From Gekko japonicus (Eukaryota), in contig NW_015163761.1 in assembly GCF_001447785.1 (NCBI RefSeq), forward strand, positions 1-64,000: 64,000 nucleotides of DNA. Reading direction: 5' to 3'. Positions 22,721 to 35,604 of this stretch are shown here, one piece after another. The stretch's first letter is position 1. Each line of letters starts with the position of its first letter. A program made the translations under genes and the position numbers. The notes below the pieces were generated by a model that worked only from the letters and a program-made list of their open reading frames with translations, was not told the DNA's origin and ran no database searches.

Positions 22721-24029
22721 GTAAGGAGGGGAGGATACCTCTGTGTCTTTCCATCCTGGGAAGATTTCAGCTGTGGTAACTTCTCTTTGGGGATTCTCTG
22801 TCCTTAGAGTGTCCAACAGCTATGGTCTTCTAAGAAAAAGGGTCGGGGTGGGGAAAAGGAGTGCATAGACTCTGTTGCCTATCCTAGGCTGTTTCCACAC
22901 AGATTTTTTGCTCTGCCTTGGCTTCCTTACAGTGCTGTTTTGGGGGGAGAGCGACCGCATGATGTCACCCTCTGCCCTATTTCCATGTTTCCCCCCCCCC
23001 AGGTTTCTGCATTCTTTCTTAGACTTGGTTTGGTACAGTCTTTTTGGAAAGATCAAAGCGCCTTTGAATGGGCTTGTGCTTGTCCCACCGATGTGAGTAC
23101 CGTTTAGCTTTCCTTTGTGCCTTTGACTGCCACGGCTTCTCCCGCCCCCCACAAATTTACCGCATTGGCTTTTAATTTTTTTTTTAATCTAACATCTAGA
23201 TTGCTGTAGCATAACAATCCATTGCCACAATGTACTGAGTCTCATTTTTTTTAAAGGAAGTCTCTAGCCCTTTTTAAAAATTATGTTTTTTGAAAACATA
23301 ATAAAAAGGAAATACATAATATATATATATTTGCATGTAACAAAATATATGAAATAGAAAATATTTCTCCCCAGCACCCTTCATTACATTGAAAGGTTTT
23401 TGGATCACTTTTTACAAAATACTAACTTACTTCTGTTGGCGTAGATTTATAGTCAACATTTTACATTTTGAATTTCTTAACCTGGTTTTCAACTGAATTA
23501 TAAACTTCATCATTGCTGCATACTGCATATTTTTGCCACTTCTGCATTCCCACTATTAGTTTTGTCAAATAGGTAATATAACAAATATACAGAAGGGACT
23601 ATTGTATATCTTGTAGTAGAAAATAAAAAACGTTTCTCTTCAAAACCCGCTTCCTTATGCACATTTATATTCAATGTGTTACATTTAGAACTGATTTTCA
23701 TTCTGCTTCTTCACGATACAATTGTATGCAGCATTTTAGACTATTTCTCATTCTAAATTTGACTCCTATTTTCATACTACACACTCCAGCTCTCCTCAAG
23801 TCCCTAGCCCTTTTCATTGCTTGGTTATACAGAGGAAGGTGCTCCATGTCAGACTCGGGCATCTGGCATCAGGGTGGACCAGCTGAAATGGCTGCATTGT
23901 CTATTCCTGATTTATCCTGCTTGCATTCTGTATCCTTATCACTGCCCTCGTCTGCCATTGCATTCCTAGGGGGGGGCAGAGTGTGTGTAGTGAATTAGGG
24001 AGCCTTGCTTGGTAATTTTTCTTTCTTCC

Positions 24030-24265
24030 TTTTTTTACAATCTTTATTTATCAGTTTTAAATATATTCGTTACATTCCAAATATATACATCTCTCACATA
24101 TTTGTGTCTACATTTTCCATGTTTAACCATTTATGTACACTGGCCCCATCTTTCCCAATAAATACTATCATCTTTATGTTGTAGAATCAAACTTAGTTTC
24201 TCCATTTCTGCTATCTCTAATAGCTTGTTAATTACCTCATCTTTGGTGGGAAGTTCCCTTTTCTT
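24030..24265 (-). mobile_element. L1-type LINE 3' end
   Basis: Minus-strand ELPTKDEVINKLLEIAEMEKLSL...IYWERW followed by an AT-rich UTR and A-tail. Confidence 0.65.
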
Positions 24266-24598
24266 GGTAATTTTTCTAAGGGGCCCCAAGATATCTTTCC
24301 CACGAGAAATGTCCTTGGAGTAAGACTGTGCCTGGCTAGATAGTGGCTGTATATCTTTCAGAGTCACTATAGTGATGCTGACGTTGGACTGCATGGAATT
24401 TTGGGGGTTTTACCTATATCTTGACTTTCCCCACCTTTGCAAGTCAGTCCTAACAAAGAGCTTGAACCCACAGCATCTCAGATCTCTAAATAAAGCATTC
24501 ACTGCCAAAGTGTGTGTGGAGAGTGATTTGACTGGGAATCTGACACTCCCTGTAACTCGGAGATTATGTTGTTCAGGACTTTTTAATTGTTTCCCCAG

Positions 24599-24790
24599 AA
24601 GCCAGAGCTTGGATGACCACTGATGGTGATGCACCAGAAGATTCCAAACCAGTAGAATCAGATGGAATGCCAATGTGGAAAGTAGAAAAGAATGCTTCCC
24701 AGTGTTGTGAGCAGGAAAATGTTCCTGTTTTTCATGGGGACATTTACAATATCATATTTGAAACCACAGTCCAGGCAGGTGCTGATGCTG
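24599..24790 (+). CDS. Gene B linker exon (192 nt, phase 1-1)
   Basis: TTCCCCAG|AA acceptor and CTG|GTAAGA donor. Open frame ARAWMTTDG...SQCCEQENV...ETTVQAGADA. Confidence 0.8.
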
Positions 24791-24859
24791 GTAAGAAATG
24801 TGATGGTAAAGTATATAAAATTTCTTTAGGATGCTTGGAAATTATTGAAATCCTGCCCT

Positions 24860-25052
24860 GCGCTGGATAGCTTAGGCAAAACCAATCTCATCAGATCTTG
24901 AAAGCTAAGCAGGGCCAACCCTGGCAAGTATTTGGAAGGGAGATCTCCAAGGAATACCAGGGTCAGGACGCAGAGGCAGGCAATGGCAAGCCACCTCTCT
25001 GAAATGTCCAAGCCTCACTAGGGGTTGCCAGAAGTTAACCATGACTTCCAGG
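24860..25052 (+). mobile_element. 5S rRNA-derived SINE
   Basis: ATCTCATCAGATCTTGAAAGCTAAGCAGGGCC...GGGAGATCTCCAAGGAATACCAGG. Confidence 0.7.
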
Positions 25053-25180
25053 CATATACACACACACAAATACTCACAAAATAAATGATTGAAACCCTCA
25101 GTAACAGAAGCCCAATGAAAAAGCATAGTTTATTATTACTTATTTACAGAATTTATATCCTGCCTCTCTGCCCTTACAAG

Positions 25181-26917
25181 GGACACCAAGGCCAACCTTT
25201 TAAAGGATGCATGAGAAAATTACATTATAAAAGCTGGCAATCTAAGCCAAGGAAGTGTGAAGCCACAAGAATGCAAGTAATCCCTTTTGTCAAAAGGGAG
25301 TGGAATTTTCACATCTGTGAGAAAGTACTTATGGTGTAAATGAGTTCATCAATAATACAGAGCATCAAGGTTGGAGCACCAGAAAAATAAAACATGAGAC
25401 AGTGCCTTAGATAAGGCAACCTTCTTAGCATCTGACGGGTTTACTCTCGCATGCAGCAGGGCCTTTTCGTTGCTTGCCCCAGAGTACTGTAATGTTCTCT
25501 CTCAAGATATCCACCCGACTCCACCACCGCAGTGGTTCTGAAAGGGGTGAAAATGGTTGATGACTTACAGTTAAGTCTGGTCTTCTGGTTTTATTTGCCC
25601 TGTTCTTTTTCTGCTACTGACGGTTTAGTTATGTTGTTTTAATTCGTTTATTGATGTTTTATTTTCTTTGGTTGGAAGTTGTGTAGAGCATTTTATAAAT
25701 CTCAGGAAAGAATTTGTTTATATTTATGGCCTGTACATTTTCTAGATGCAGAGTGTATGTACAGGTTTCCAAGAGGCCTTCTGTTAGCAGCAATCAGAGT
25801 CCGATTTATTCGCTTCCCAGTGGGGACCACGAAGTAGCTTATGGTGATCTCCTTTTCTCCATTTTCTCCTCAAACAACAGCCATGTAAGGTAGACTAGTG
25901 CATGACTGGCCCAAGATCACCCAGCAAGCTTCCATGACAGTGGGGATTTGAACCTGATGGAGCCTTTCGCAGACCAGTGGCAGTGGTGTGGATAGAGAAT
26001 AATTTTCTTTCTCCCTGCTCACCATTTTGTAGAAAATGTACAGGCCATAAATATAAACAAATTCTTTTCTGAGATTTATAAATGGACACCAAGGCCAATC
26101 TTTTAAAAGATGCATGAGAAAATTACATTATAAAAAGCTGGCGATCTAAGCCAAGGAAGCATAAAGCCACAAGAATGCAAGTCAAAGGGGAGTGGAATTT
26201 TCACAAATGTGAGGAAATATTTATGGTGTAAATGAGTTCATCAATAATACAGGTTGGAGCACCAGAAAAATAAAACATGAGACAGTGCCTTAGATAAGGC
26301 AACCTTCTTAGCATCTGACGGGTTTACTCTCGCATGCAGCAGGGCCTTTTCGTTGCTTGCCCCAGAGTACTGTAATGTTCTCTCTCAAGATATCCACCCG
26401 ACTCCACCACCGCAGTGGTTCTGAAAGGGGTGAAAATGGTTGATGACTTACAGTTAAGTCTGGTCTTCTGGTTTTATTTGCCCTGTTCTTTTTCTGCTAC
26501 TGACGGTTTAGTTATGTTGTTTTAATTCGTTTATTGATGTTTTATTTTCTTTGGTTGGAAGTTGTGTAGAGCTGTTTATAAATCTCAGAAAAGAATTTGT
26601 TTATATTTATGGCCTGTACATTTTCTAGATGCAGAGTGTATGTACAGGTTTCCAAGAGGCCTTCTGTTAGCAGCAATCAGAGTCCGATTTATTCGCTTCC
26701 CAGTGGGGACCACAAAGTAGCTTATGGTGATCTCCTTTTCTCCATTTTCTCCTCAAACAACAGCCATGTAAGGTAGACTAGTGCATGACTGGCCCAAGAT
26801 CACCCAGCAAGCTTCCATGACAGTGGGGATTTGAACCTGATGGAGCCTTTCGCAGACCAGTGGCAGTGGTGTGGATAGAGAGTAATTTTCTTTCTCCCTG
26901 CTCACCATTTTGTAGAA
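25181..26917. repeat. ~850-bp tandem duplication (25181-26034 / 26084-26917) with a 53-bp inverted junction insert
   Basis: The two copies are near-identical. Junction 26030-26082 is the reverse complement of an internal segment (26575-26627). Confidence 0.9.
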
Positions 26918-26946
26918 TTTAATTCTCTCTCTCTTTGTTTCTGAAG

Positions 26947-27803
26947 GTGATGGGCAACTGAATGAGAACAAGGGAGAAATATACAGCAAGTTGTGTGAAA
27001 GAGCCAGGTGTGAAGCATCGAAAGAGAACTTCCATGATCCAAGTAAATCAATAGCACAGGTGGAAAACGAAGCCAAGACTGAGGGGAATGACTCTCTTGC
27101 ATCTGTGGGTATGGAGTATCTCAAAAACCCCATCAGAGATGAAACCCAAGCAGAAAAGAGAAGGAACAAGTGCCGTGATATTCGCTGGAGGGTCAACCTG
27201 GAGGAAAAACCCAATAAAAGCTTGAAGTTTGGGAAGAGCTTCAGCCAGACCAGAAATGCTGCGACGCACCACAGACTTCACAGAGGGGAGGTGCCATATA
27301 AGTGCTTGGAGTGTGGAAAGAGCTTCAACTACAGGGGCAGCCTCACTTCCCATCAGAGAATCCACAAAGGAGAGAAGCTCTACACCTGCAAAAACTGTAG
27401 CAAGACCTTTATCCGCAAATCCATCCTGAACCTGCACTTGCGGATGCACGCGGGCCAGAAACCCTACTGCTGTTCTGACTGCGGCTTGACCCTGAGCGCT
27501 CAGTCGAGCCTTGTTCGACACCAGAGAATCCACACCAAGGAGAAACCCTACCACTGCTCGGAGTGTGGGAGGAGCTTCAGCCAGAGTTCGGACCTTATTC
27601 GGCACCAGAGAACCCACACTGGGGATAAGCCGTACAAATGCTCTGAGTGTGGGAAGAGCTTCAGTCGGAGCACAGGCCTTACTTCACATCAGAGAACCCA
27701 CACAGGGGAGAGGTCATACCAATGCTTAGACTGTGGCAAAGGCTTTTGCGAAAAATCAAATCTTATTCAGCATAAGAGAACTCACGGGGGTGAAGCGGTG
27801 TAA
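26947..27803 (+). CDS. Gene B terminal exon: 1 degenerate plus 6 intact C2H2 fingers
   Basis: CTGAAG|GT phase-1 acceptor after a pyrimidine tract. Fingers run from YKCLEC to YQCLDC...HKRTH, stop at 27801-27803. Confidence 0.9.
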
Positions 27804-28182
27804 GCGCTCTAAGTGAGGAAAGGGCTACCCATTACAAACGAATGCCAAATTTCCTGTTAAAGAATCTGCACACACCAGAGGTCCTATATAAAATGCTTGA
27901 TGTGTGGGAAAGGACTACGTCGCATCACATGGGAGAAATTATACAGCTGAACTGTTTTCTTGACCCAGAACAATCACAGCTGCTCTTTCTGCTTTTATTT
28001 AATTGTCTTAGAAGCATATAGCCTTTTTTAAAACAGATATAACACACAGAAGCGCCAGCAGAAAAGAGCAAGAGTCCTGTAGCATCTTGAAGACTAACAA
28101 AATTTGTGGCAGGGTATGAGCTATTATTATTATTAAAATTTATGAATCGCCCCATCCCTACTATTGTAGGGCTTTGGGCAAT

Positions 28183-28530
28183 GTAAAGGTAAAGGTTCCC
28201 TTGCTTGAAAGCCAGTCGAGTCCGACTCTGGGGTTGCAGTGCTCATCTCCATTTCAAAGCCGAAGAGCCAGCACTGTCCGAAGACGTTTCCGTGGTCATG
28301 TGGCCGGCATGACTAAACACCAAGGCGCACGGAACGCTGTTACCTTCCCACCGAAGTGGTCCCTATTTATCTACTTGCAATTTCTTGCTTTCGAACTGCT
28401 AGGTTGGCAGGAGCCGGAACTAGAGACGGGAGCTCACTCCGTCACACGGCACCCGGGTCTCGAACTACTGAACTACTGACTTTCCACAGCCTGCAGTTCA
28501 GCGTCTTAACCACTTGAGCCACCGCAGCTC
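28183..28530 (-). mobile_element. Sauria SINE, full length
   Basis: GAGCTGCGGTGGCTCAAGTGGTTAAGACGCTG head and (ACCTTT)n tail on the minus strand. Confidence 0.9.
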
Positions 28531-29338
28531 AACAATTAAAACAATTAAAACAATTGCCAGATAAAACAATAAATCATATTAAATTACATTTTAAAAGACA
28601 GATGGCGAACAGTCATACTTATAATTCGTTATTTCCACCTTACAGAGTGCTGGCTGATTCGCGGGCAGGGGGAAAGAGCGTGGAAAACTGAGGAGGGTTC
28701 CAGCCACGATAGAAACCGTCATTGTCCTCAACCAAAAGCCTGGCGGATATCTGAAGAAGCGAGCAGTGACTCAGGAGAGCTCCTCTTCTGCCACACATTA
28801 GCCGCCCTGAGCCTGCCTCGGTGGGGAGGGTGGGGTATAAACCAAATCAATTGAATCATTTTGTTAATCTTTAAGGTGCTATGGGACTCTTGCTCTTTTC
28901 TGCTAGCATGGCTCTGCATCTTGATCGATCTCCGCAGAAGTGCTAGTAAGTTTCTTGCAGAGGATGACATTCGGTGGCAAATGGATCATATGCTCAAATG
29001 TTTACAGATTTTCCAAAAAGAACAATTACGGGCTGCCAAGGGACCGGCTGTTTGAATCGCCTCATGGATTTCTAGCGATCTTGCTTCATTGTACTTCCAA
29101 GTGTACAGCTGTGCTGTAAATGGAGGGAAAGCCCAGCTAACCTTTCTGTGCAGTGGTTTCATTATATATTATCCAGAACCAAACAAAGGTTAGTGAAGAA
29201 GTGGGCCAATATTAAAACCTATCTAATAAAAGTAGAAAAAGATACATGTATTTATTAATAACAAATTTTAAAACATAAACAGGGGCCCATTTGCAACAAT
29301 TATATATAAAACATTACAATACCAAGGGCTTAAAAGCT

Positions 29339-29381
29339 TGACCTTACGCGTTTCAGCCAACTAGGCCTTCCTCAGAGGTCA
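29339..29381 (-). ncRNA. Minimal type-I hammerhead ribozyme motif (Penelope-type)
   Basis: Minus strand UGACCU-CUGAGGA-A-GGCC(UAGUU)GGCU-GAAA-CGCG-UA-AGGUCA: 6-bp helix I, complete core, palindromic ACGCGU helix III. Confidence 0.75.
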
Positions 29382-30879
29382 TATATATGTGGCAAAATGG
29401 CTGATACATATATTCACATACACACAATCAAGAATATATACAAAGTATAAATTCAATAAGGACCATAAAGTAAATTGTTCAAAAATAAAATCACCAGGCA
29501 CAGGATCAATAGGCACATAAGTCCTTTAAAGTGCTATCACTAGCCCAGTGATTATAAAGTAGACTTGTGGTCCAAAAATTTCCTTCTTTGATTGTGTTGC
29601 CACAGTATTCACAAACTTTGTAGAAACCTTTGGGATTAATCTGGCATGATTTTTTTTAGTTTTTTTGGGGGGGACACGGAACAGATTTATAAAACTATGC
29701 ACAGTGTGGAGAAGTGGAGAACTTTCCCCCTCTCTCCCCAAAACACCAGAACTTTGGGGGCCATCTGCTGAAGGTGAATCATCAGTAGGTTCAGGATAAG
29801 CAAAACGTGTGTGTTCTTGATTGTGTGAATTTCACATAATGATCCTGTCTCTGTATGTATTGATGGTTTTAAGGACTCAGACAAATCCCTGGAGGAGAGG
29901 TCCATCTGCTGCTGCTAACCATGAGGCCTAAATGGAGCCTCCACATTCAGACGCAGCTTGCCTCTGAATGTCACTTGCTGACGGGTAGCAGCAGGATTTG
30001 GTTGTAGGCCTTTTGGGGGCATTTGGGGGCGTTGGGGGTGGGAATGGGAAACACAGTGGAAAAGGTCCAGGCAAGACCAACCAAACATACTGTTGTTGAT
30101 ACAGCCATCAGCTACAAAGTCCAATTGGGACACTTTTTTAAAAAAACTGCTTTTCATGTGTATACAGCTAGATTCTTAGAGACCAAGGAAATTTTCAAGG
30201 TATGAGCTTTTGAGAGTCAAAACTCCCTTCATTTCTTGTTGGTTTCTAAGGTGCTCCTGGACTCCAATCTAGCTGTCCTACTTGCAGACCAACAGGGCTA
30301 CCCTCTGAAACGATTTTCATGTGTACGCGGTTTTGTTTTGGGATTAAACACCTTATACTGGCTACGTTCATTTTCACAGAAAGTTTAACGACTTTCGTGC
30401 TTAAATGAATTTTTCTTTGTGCTGCAGGAGAAACCATGCAGTTATCCACGTGGCAGATGCTCAGATGTTCTGTAAACAATGCCATTAGGGAGAGTTTCTG
30501 TTAGCCACAAGGTATATCGGGAACACTCTGTCTGGGGCAGGGATGCTCTGTGTTCTTGGTGCTTGGGAGGCAACAGTGGGAGGGCTTCTGGAGTTCTGGC
30601 CGTGCCAGTGGACCTCCTGATGGCACCTGGGTTTTGGCCACTGTGTGGCACAGAGCGTGGGACTGGATGGGCCATTGGCCTAATCCAGCACGGCTTCTCT
30701 TAAGTTCTTATGATGTCTTCTTTATTTTATTACAACCAAGATTGCTGAGCCTGTCTCTTGTCATTCCTCTTCCTGTCCCTGCAAGCCAGAGAGACTTCAC
30801 TTTAGCGCTTGGCCTAGTTCTTAGTTGCTAACTTCTGTTTGTAGGGTGGGGTGTTCTTGGCTTTCCCCATGTTGACAGC

Positions 30880-31143
30880 CAGGGCTTTTTTTGTAGAAAA
30901 AGCCCAGCAGGAACACATTAGCTTAACAGGCCACACCCAACAGCAGAAACTCATTAGCATATTAGGCCACACCCCTGACACCACCCCTCATTAGCATGTT
31001 AGGCCACATACCCCTAATGTAGCCAATCCTAATGAGTTTCTGCTGTTAGGTGTGGCCTATTATGCTAATACCTGCTGGGTGTGGCCAACTCGGGAGCCAG
31101 CCGGAACTCCGTTCCTGTGCGTTCCTGCCCAAAAATAGCCCTG
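30880..31143 (+). mobile_element. OCT/KLF-repeat hAT MITE, internally deleted
   Basis: Both TIRs and 8-bp TSD TTGACAGC (30872-30879 / 31144-31151). Confidence 0.9.
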
Positions 31144-31930
31144 TTGACAGCTATGTAAGCATTTTTCATTTATGTTATGCGCCATCAAGTCACTTCTGAC
31201 TTCTGATGACCCTATGAATTAATGACCTCCAAAATGTCCTATTGTTGACAGTCTTGCTCAGGTCTTCCAAACTGAGGCCCCCTGGCTTCCTTGATGGGGT
31301 CCATCCCTCTCATGCGGGGAGCCCGCACATGCGGGGAGGGCGGGGTATAAATGAAATTAAATAAATAAATAAATGCTGGGTCTTCCTCTCTTCCTGCCGC
31401 CTTCAACTTTTCCTAGCTTTATTGTCTTTCCCAATGAGTCTGCTCTTCTCGTGATGTGACTGAGTCTGTTCCTGCTCGATTTAGGTGATATGCCGGAGTA
31501 CTACTAAAGTGGAATCATCTACCACAGGTTATATTCACCAGCTGTTTTGCAGTGACCAGAGTTTGAACACCCTGGTTCCTTGCTCAAGGGCTGATTCTTA
31601 GTCCTAGGCTTGATTGAAGTGAAAGGGCTGAAGGCACTCCCAAGAAACTCTGACTGCCCTGGGTGCTAGTCTCTTTAAAAGCCACACTCATGCCTATGGG
31701 AATAGCCCAGTCTCATCAGATCTCAGAAGCTAAGCAAGGTCAGCCCTCATTAGTATTTGGATGGGAGACCATCAAGGAAGTCCAGGGTTGCTTCACAGAG
31801 GCTGTTAATGGCAAACCGTTTCTGAATGTTTCTGGTCTTGAAAACCCTATGGGGTCACCATAAGTCAAGCTGGGACTTGACAGCCAAAGAAACAGCCGCC
31901 ATCAAGTTGCAACCAACTCATATGGTTTTC

Positions 31931-32256
31931 AAGGTAAAGGTAAAGGTTCCCTTGCTCGAAAGCCAGTCAAGTCCGACTCTAGGGTTGCGGTGCTCATCTC
32001 CGTTTCAAAGCCGAAGAGCCAGCGCTGTCCGAAGACGTTTCTGTGGTCATGTGATCGGCATGACTAAACACCGAGGCGCACGGAATGCTGTTACCTTCCC
32101 ACCGAAGTGGTACCTATTTATCTACTTGCAATTTCTTGCTTTCAAACTGCTAGGTTGGCAGGAGCTGGAACTAGAGACTGGGTCTTGAACTGCTGAACTA
32201 CCGATCTTCCTCAGCCTGATGTTCAGCGTCTTAACCACTTGAGCCACCGCAGCTCC
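31931..32256 (-). mobile_element. Sauria SINE
   Basis: Same consensus as 28183-28530 with a small internal deletion. Confidence 0.88.
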
Positions 32257-32698
32257 TAATTTTTTTTCAAAGCAACAGATAAATAGTGATGGGTTGCCCG
32301 TTGCTTGCCTCTGCATAGCAACCACGGACTTCCTTGGTCGTCTCCTCCCAGCCAAGGACTAAACCAAGGCCTACCCTGCTTAGCTTCTGAGATCTGAGGA
32401 CATAGCCTGGGCCATTCAGGTCAGAGCCTATGGGAAATTACTATTCTAAAACATGTCCTGGGGTTTGGGGCAATGGGAAAAATAATGTTCGTTTGTTTTT
32501 TTAACAGGAAATTTACCTACGGCCATTGAATAGAATAATTCCAGAGGCAGTGTCCTTTCTTTTAGCCCCCTCAGTGAAAATGTGCCCAAGTTTAGACCAT
32601 CTCTCACCTTAACTATGGAGTCTCCTGTACTTCCCTGGTGTTTGACTTTGGCCTCAGAGCGGGGTAACAAGGCCAGGGGCAATTGGCTTGGCCTACAG

Positions 32699-33018
32699 CA
32701 GTGATGGTGAACCTTTTAGAGACCGAGTGCCCAAACTGCGACCCAAAACCCACTTATTTATCGCAAAGTGCCAACACGGCAATTTAACCCGAATACTGAG
32801 GTTTTAGTTTAGAAAAAAACAACTCATACATTAACATAAGATGATCCAAACAAAGTAAGGAAAGCAATTTCAAATGCTTTCATTTACTTAAAATTATTTG
32901 GCAGAGAATTCGACACTTTAATGATGGTCTGGGCCTGGCTGGGGTGATGGCACGTGTGCCCACTGAGAGGGCTCTGGGTGCCGCCTCTGGCATGCGTGCC
33001 ATAGGTTCACCACCACTG
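32699..33018 (+). mobile_element. hAT MITE (fourth family; TIR CAGTG.TGG.GAACCT), full length
   Basis: TIRs CAGTGATGGTGAACCT / AGGTTCACCACCACTG and TSD GCCTACAG (32691-32698 / 33019-33026). Confidence 0.9.
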
Positions 33019-34199
33019 GCCTACAGATTTTGAGGGGAGAAGTATCCCAACTCCACCCACGGTTAGTCAGCTTTCTGCTGCCCCCACCCTCAGAACTGAA
33101 ACCAGGAGCTACCATATTTACTCAAAAGGGAGGTGGCCCCACTGCCCCATGTTTTAACACCCGAAACAACCTTTTTATTGAATATAACTGGCATGTGAAT
33201 GTAATGAGCCCCCCCCCCTCTTCTTTTTGATTGCATATCAGGACAAAGAAACTTCTAGTCTTGCATTGGAGTAAATTTATTTTCTCAGAGTTTCTATAGC
33301 CATATGTGTGATTTCCCCAACTTAGTTTTCCTTGGACAAAGACTGCCACTGAGCATGAACAGGGTGCCTTGCTGTGACCATTGATTGTAGCTGTGGAATA
33401 TTTTCTTTAAAAAATTGGAACCAACAGAAATGGGGAAGGGAGATGTCTCAGAGCACAGAAAAGCCTGTAATCTGCCATTGGTAGCCTAGCCTACCTCAAA
33501 GGGCTGTTGTGAGGATAAAACGGAAGAAGGGAGGATGTTGTAAGCAGCTTTGGGCCCCCCACTGGAGAAAAAGGCGTGGTATAAATATCTTAAAATAAAT
33601 TGCATTTCTTTAATTGGAATACATAGGTCCAAAGACTGCAGGATGCACTCAGAGACTTGTAGAACAGAGTGGGGAAAAATATACACCAAGCTGACAGAGT
33701 CAAACCCTTGGTCTCTGAAGGATCTTTTTGTTTACTAGGATCAGCCAAGGGTTCTGCAGGGTCTCACATAACTTGCTACCCTGTGGAGCCCCCCCCAAAA
33801 AAATAGAGAAGCTGGGGGTTGAACCTGGGACACTCTGTTTCTATGCCACAAAGCCACAGCCGCTGTCCTCCATAACAGCCATTTAGGGTTGCCAACTCCT
33901 GTTTGGGAAATCCCGGGAGATTTGGGGGTGAAGCCTGGGTAGGGCAGAGTTGGGGTATTATATACCTCGGTGGGGTATAATGCCATAGAGTCCACCCTCC
34001 AAAACAGCCATTTTTTCCAGGGGAACTGATCTCTGTACACTGGAGAGCAGGTGTACTTCCAGAAGATCCAGGCCCCAACTGGGGGGTGGCATCCCTTCTC
34101 TCTGAAAATATAAAAGCTGACATTTCATCGGCTTATCAGAATACAGAGATCTCTTGTAAGAGAGCAGAAGAGAAAAAACGTGACAGGTCTATTAATAAA

Positions 34200-34614
34200 G
34201 CTGAAGCGCTGCGCTAAGCCTAGAAGCCAAATCGGGCAGTGCTTCCTAGCGATTGGAATGCAAGTCAGTCAATGCCTTCCCCATAGCAAAGTCCGGCCAC
34301 GACAGCCAAATTTCCCCCCCTCTGGATTTGGACGCCGCAATATCCCGGGAAGAGGATGGATTTAATATATTCGTCAGGTTATATACCTCTGTAAAATTAA
34401 AGCCCTTGGTATAACTTAGAAGAGGGGTGTTTGGAGGGTTTTTTGGGTTGTCGTTGGCAAGGCTGCAAAGGGTTAAAGCGACCGAGCGCTGTTTGCTAGA
34501 CAGGCCAAATATGGGTGCAAAGGAAGGCTCTGTTCCTGCCAGGGGTGGAGTTTGGTTCAGAATTTCTAAAAGAGGAGGAGGAGGAGGAAGCCGTGGAGCG
34601 TAGAAGTGCGTAAG
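34200..34614 (+). promoter_or_regulatory. Probable promoter and non-coding first exon of gene C
   Basis: Local CpG enrichment, inverted CCAAT (GATTGG) and strong donor AAG|GTGAGT at 34614/34615. Sequence homology to the equivalent region upstream of gene D. Confidence 0.55.
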
Positions 34615-35604
34615 GTGAGTCCAGGGGTGGGTGCATGCTTCAAAGAGGGGGGTAAACTTGCGAAACCTACAACACATTTGGGGGGGGGGAAGGGCCCCCA
34701 ACTTCTTTTGCCCCTCCCCACTGTTGATCGTGGGGGGGTTTCTGTCTGATTTCAGCAAGATGCCCCCATAGTCCCTTCCAAATCGGAGCAAAGGTTCCCT
34801 TACTCGTTGCGGCTTCTTCTAGGGCAAATCGGGGCTTAGCAACCTGGCGGGGGTGGGTTGGGGGGAGCCCATGGGCGGAGCCCCCCCCCCCCCAATCTGA
34901 GAGAGGAATCTTCTCTCTACTGCCATTCTTGGATCTGAAATGCAACTCACGTGGAGGGACCAGGACGGCAGTCGGTAACAGTGCGGGGGGTGGGGTGGAA
35001 GTTCTTTGAATGTTCTCTCCCCCCCCCCCTCTTGAATTTTCTCTCACCCCTTTTTCTAATAAACTAGACTTGGTAGTGGGGATGACAGGCTAGCCCACTG
35101 GAAACGATGGGGGATGCCTAAAGGGCTTTTGGAGACAGAAGTGTCAGCTGTTTTGTACGGGATCTATTGAAACTCATTACAGTACAGAAAAGTAGCAAGG
35201 GAAATGTGGAGCGTGTTCCGAGAAGGCTGCTCTGGGGTCTGGAATGTCGGCCTCAAGTGTGGAACGAGGTTCTGATGAATATGCCGAAGTGGCGAGAATA
35301 TGTATATTGAATATGTAGTACTGATGAAACTAGTGATGTCAACAAAACAGATTGATTATGAAGTTTGGAACTTAAATCTAAAATGCTGAATACAATCGTA
35401 TCCCAATAGAAGTAAGAACTATTGTATATTACGGGTAATACCTTAAAAATGTAAGGGAAACTATTTTGGGCCTTATACATTTTGTATTACATGATTGTCT
35501 TTGACAAACGCAGTTATGTTGTATAACCCCTCATTTTCTTTCCCTTTTCTGTTCCCCCACTGTCTTCTTAAATAAATGCATTCGTTTTTTAAAAAAAGAT
35601 TAGA

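Noticed and set aside
27048-27617. Long antisense and alternate-frame ORFs over ZF and SCAN exons (also 38160-38687, 20860-21378)
   Set aside because: Typical shadow ORFs caused by codon bias in zinc-finger and SCAN coding sequence, with no independent support.
28174-28479. Recurrent ~90-100-aa ORFs (LESQS.PTLGL.CSSPFQSRRAS...) seen about seven times, suggesting a small-protein family
   Set aside because: They are antisense translations of Sauria SINE copies with non-ATG starts.
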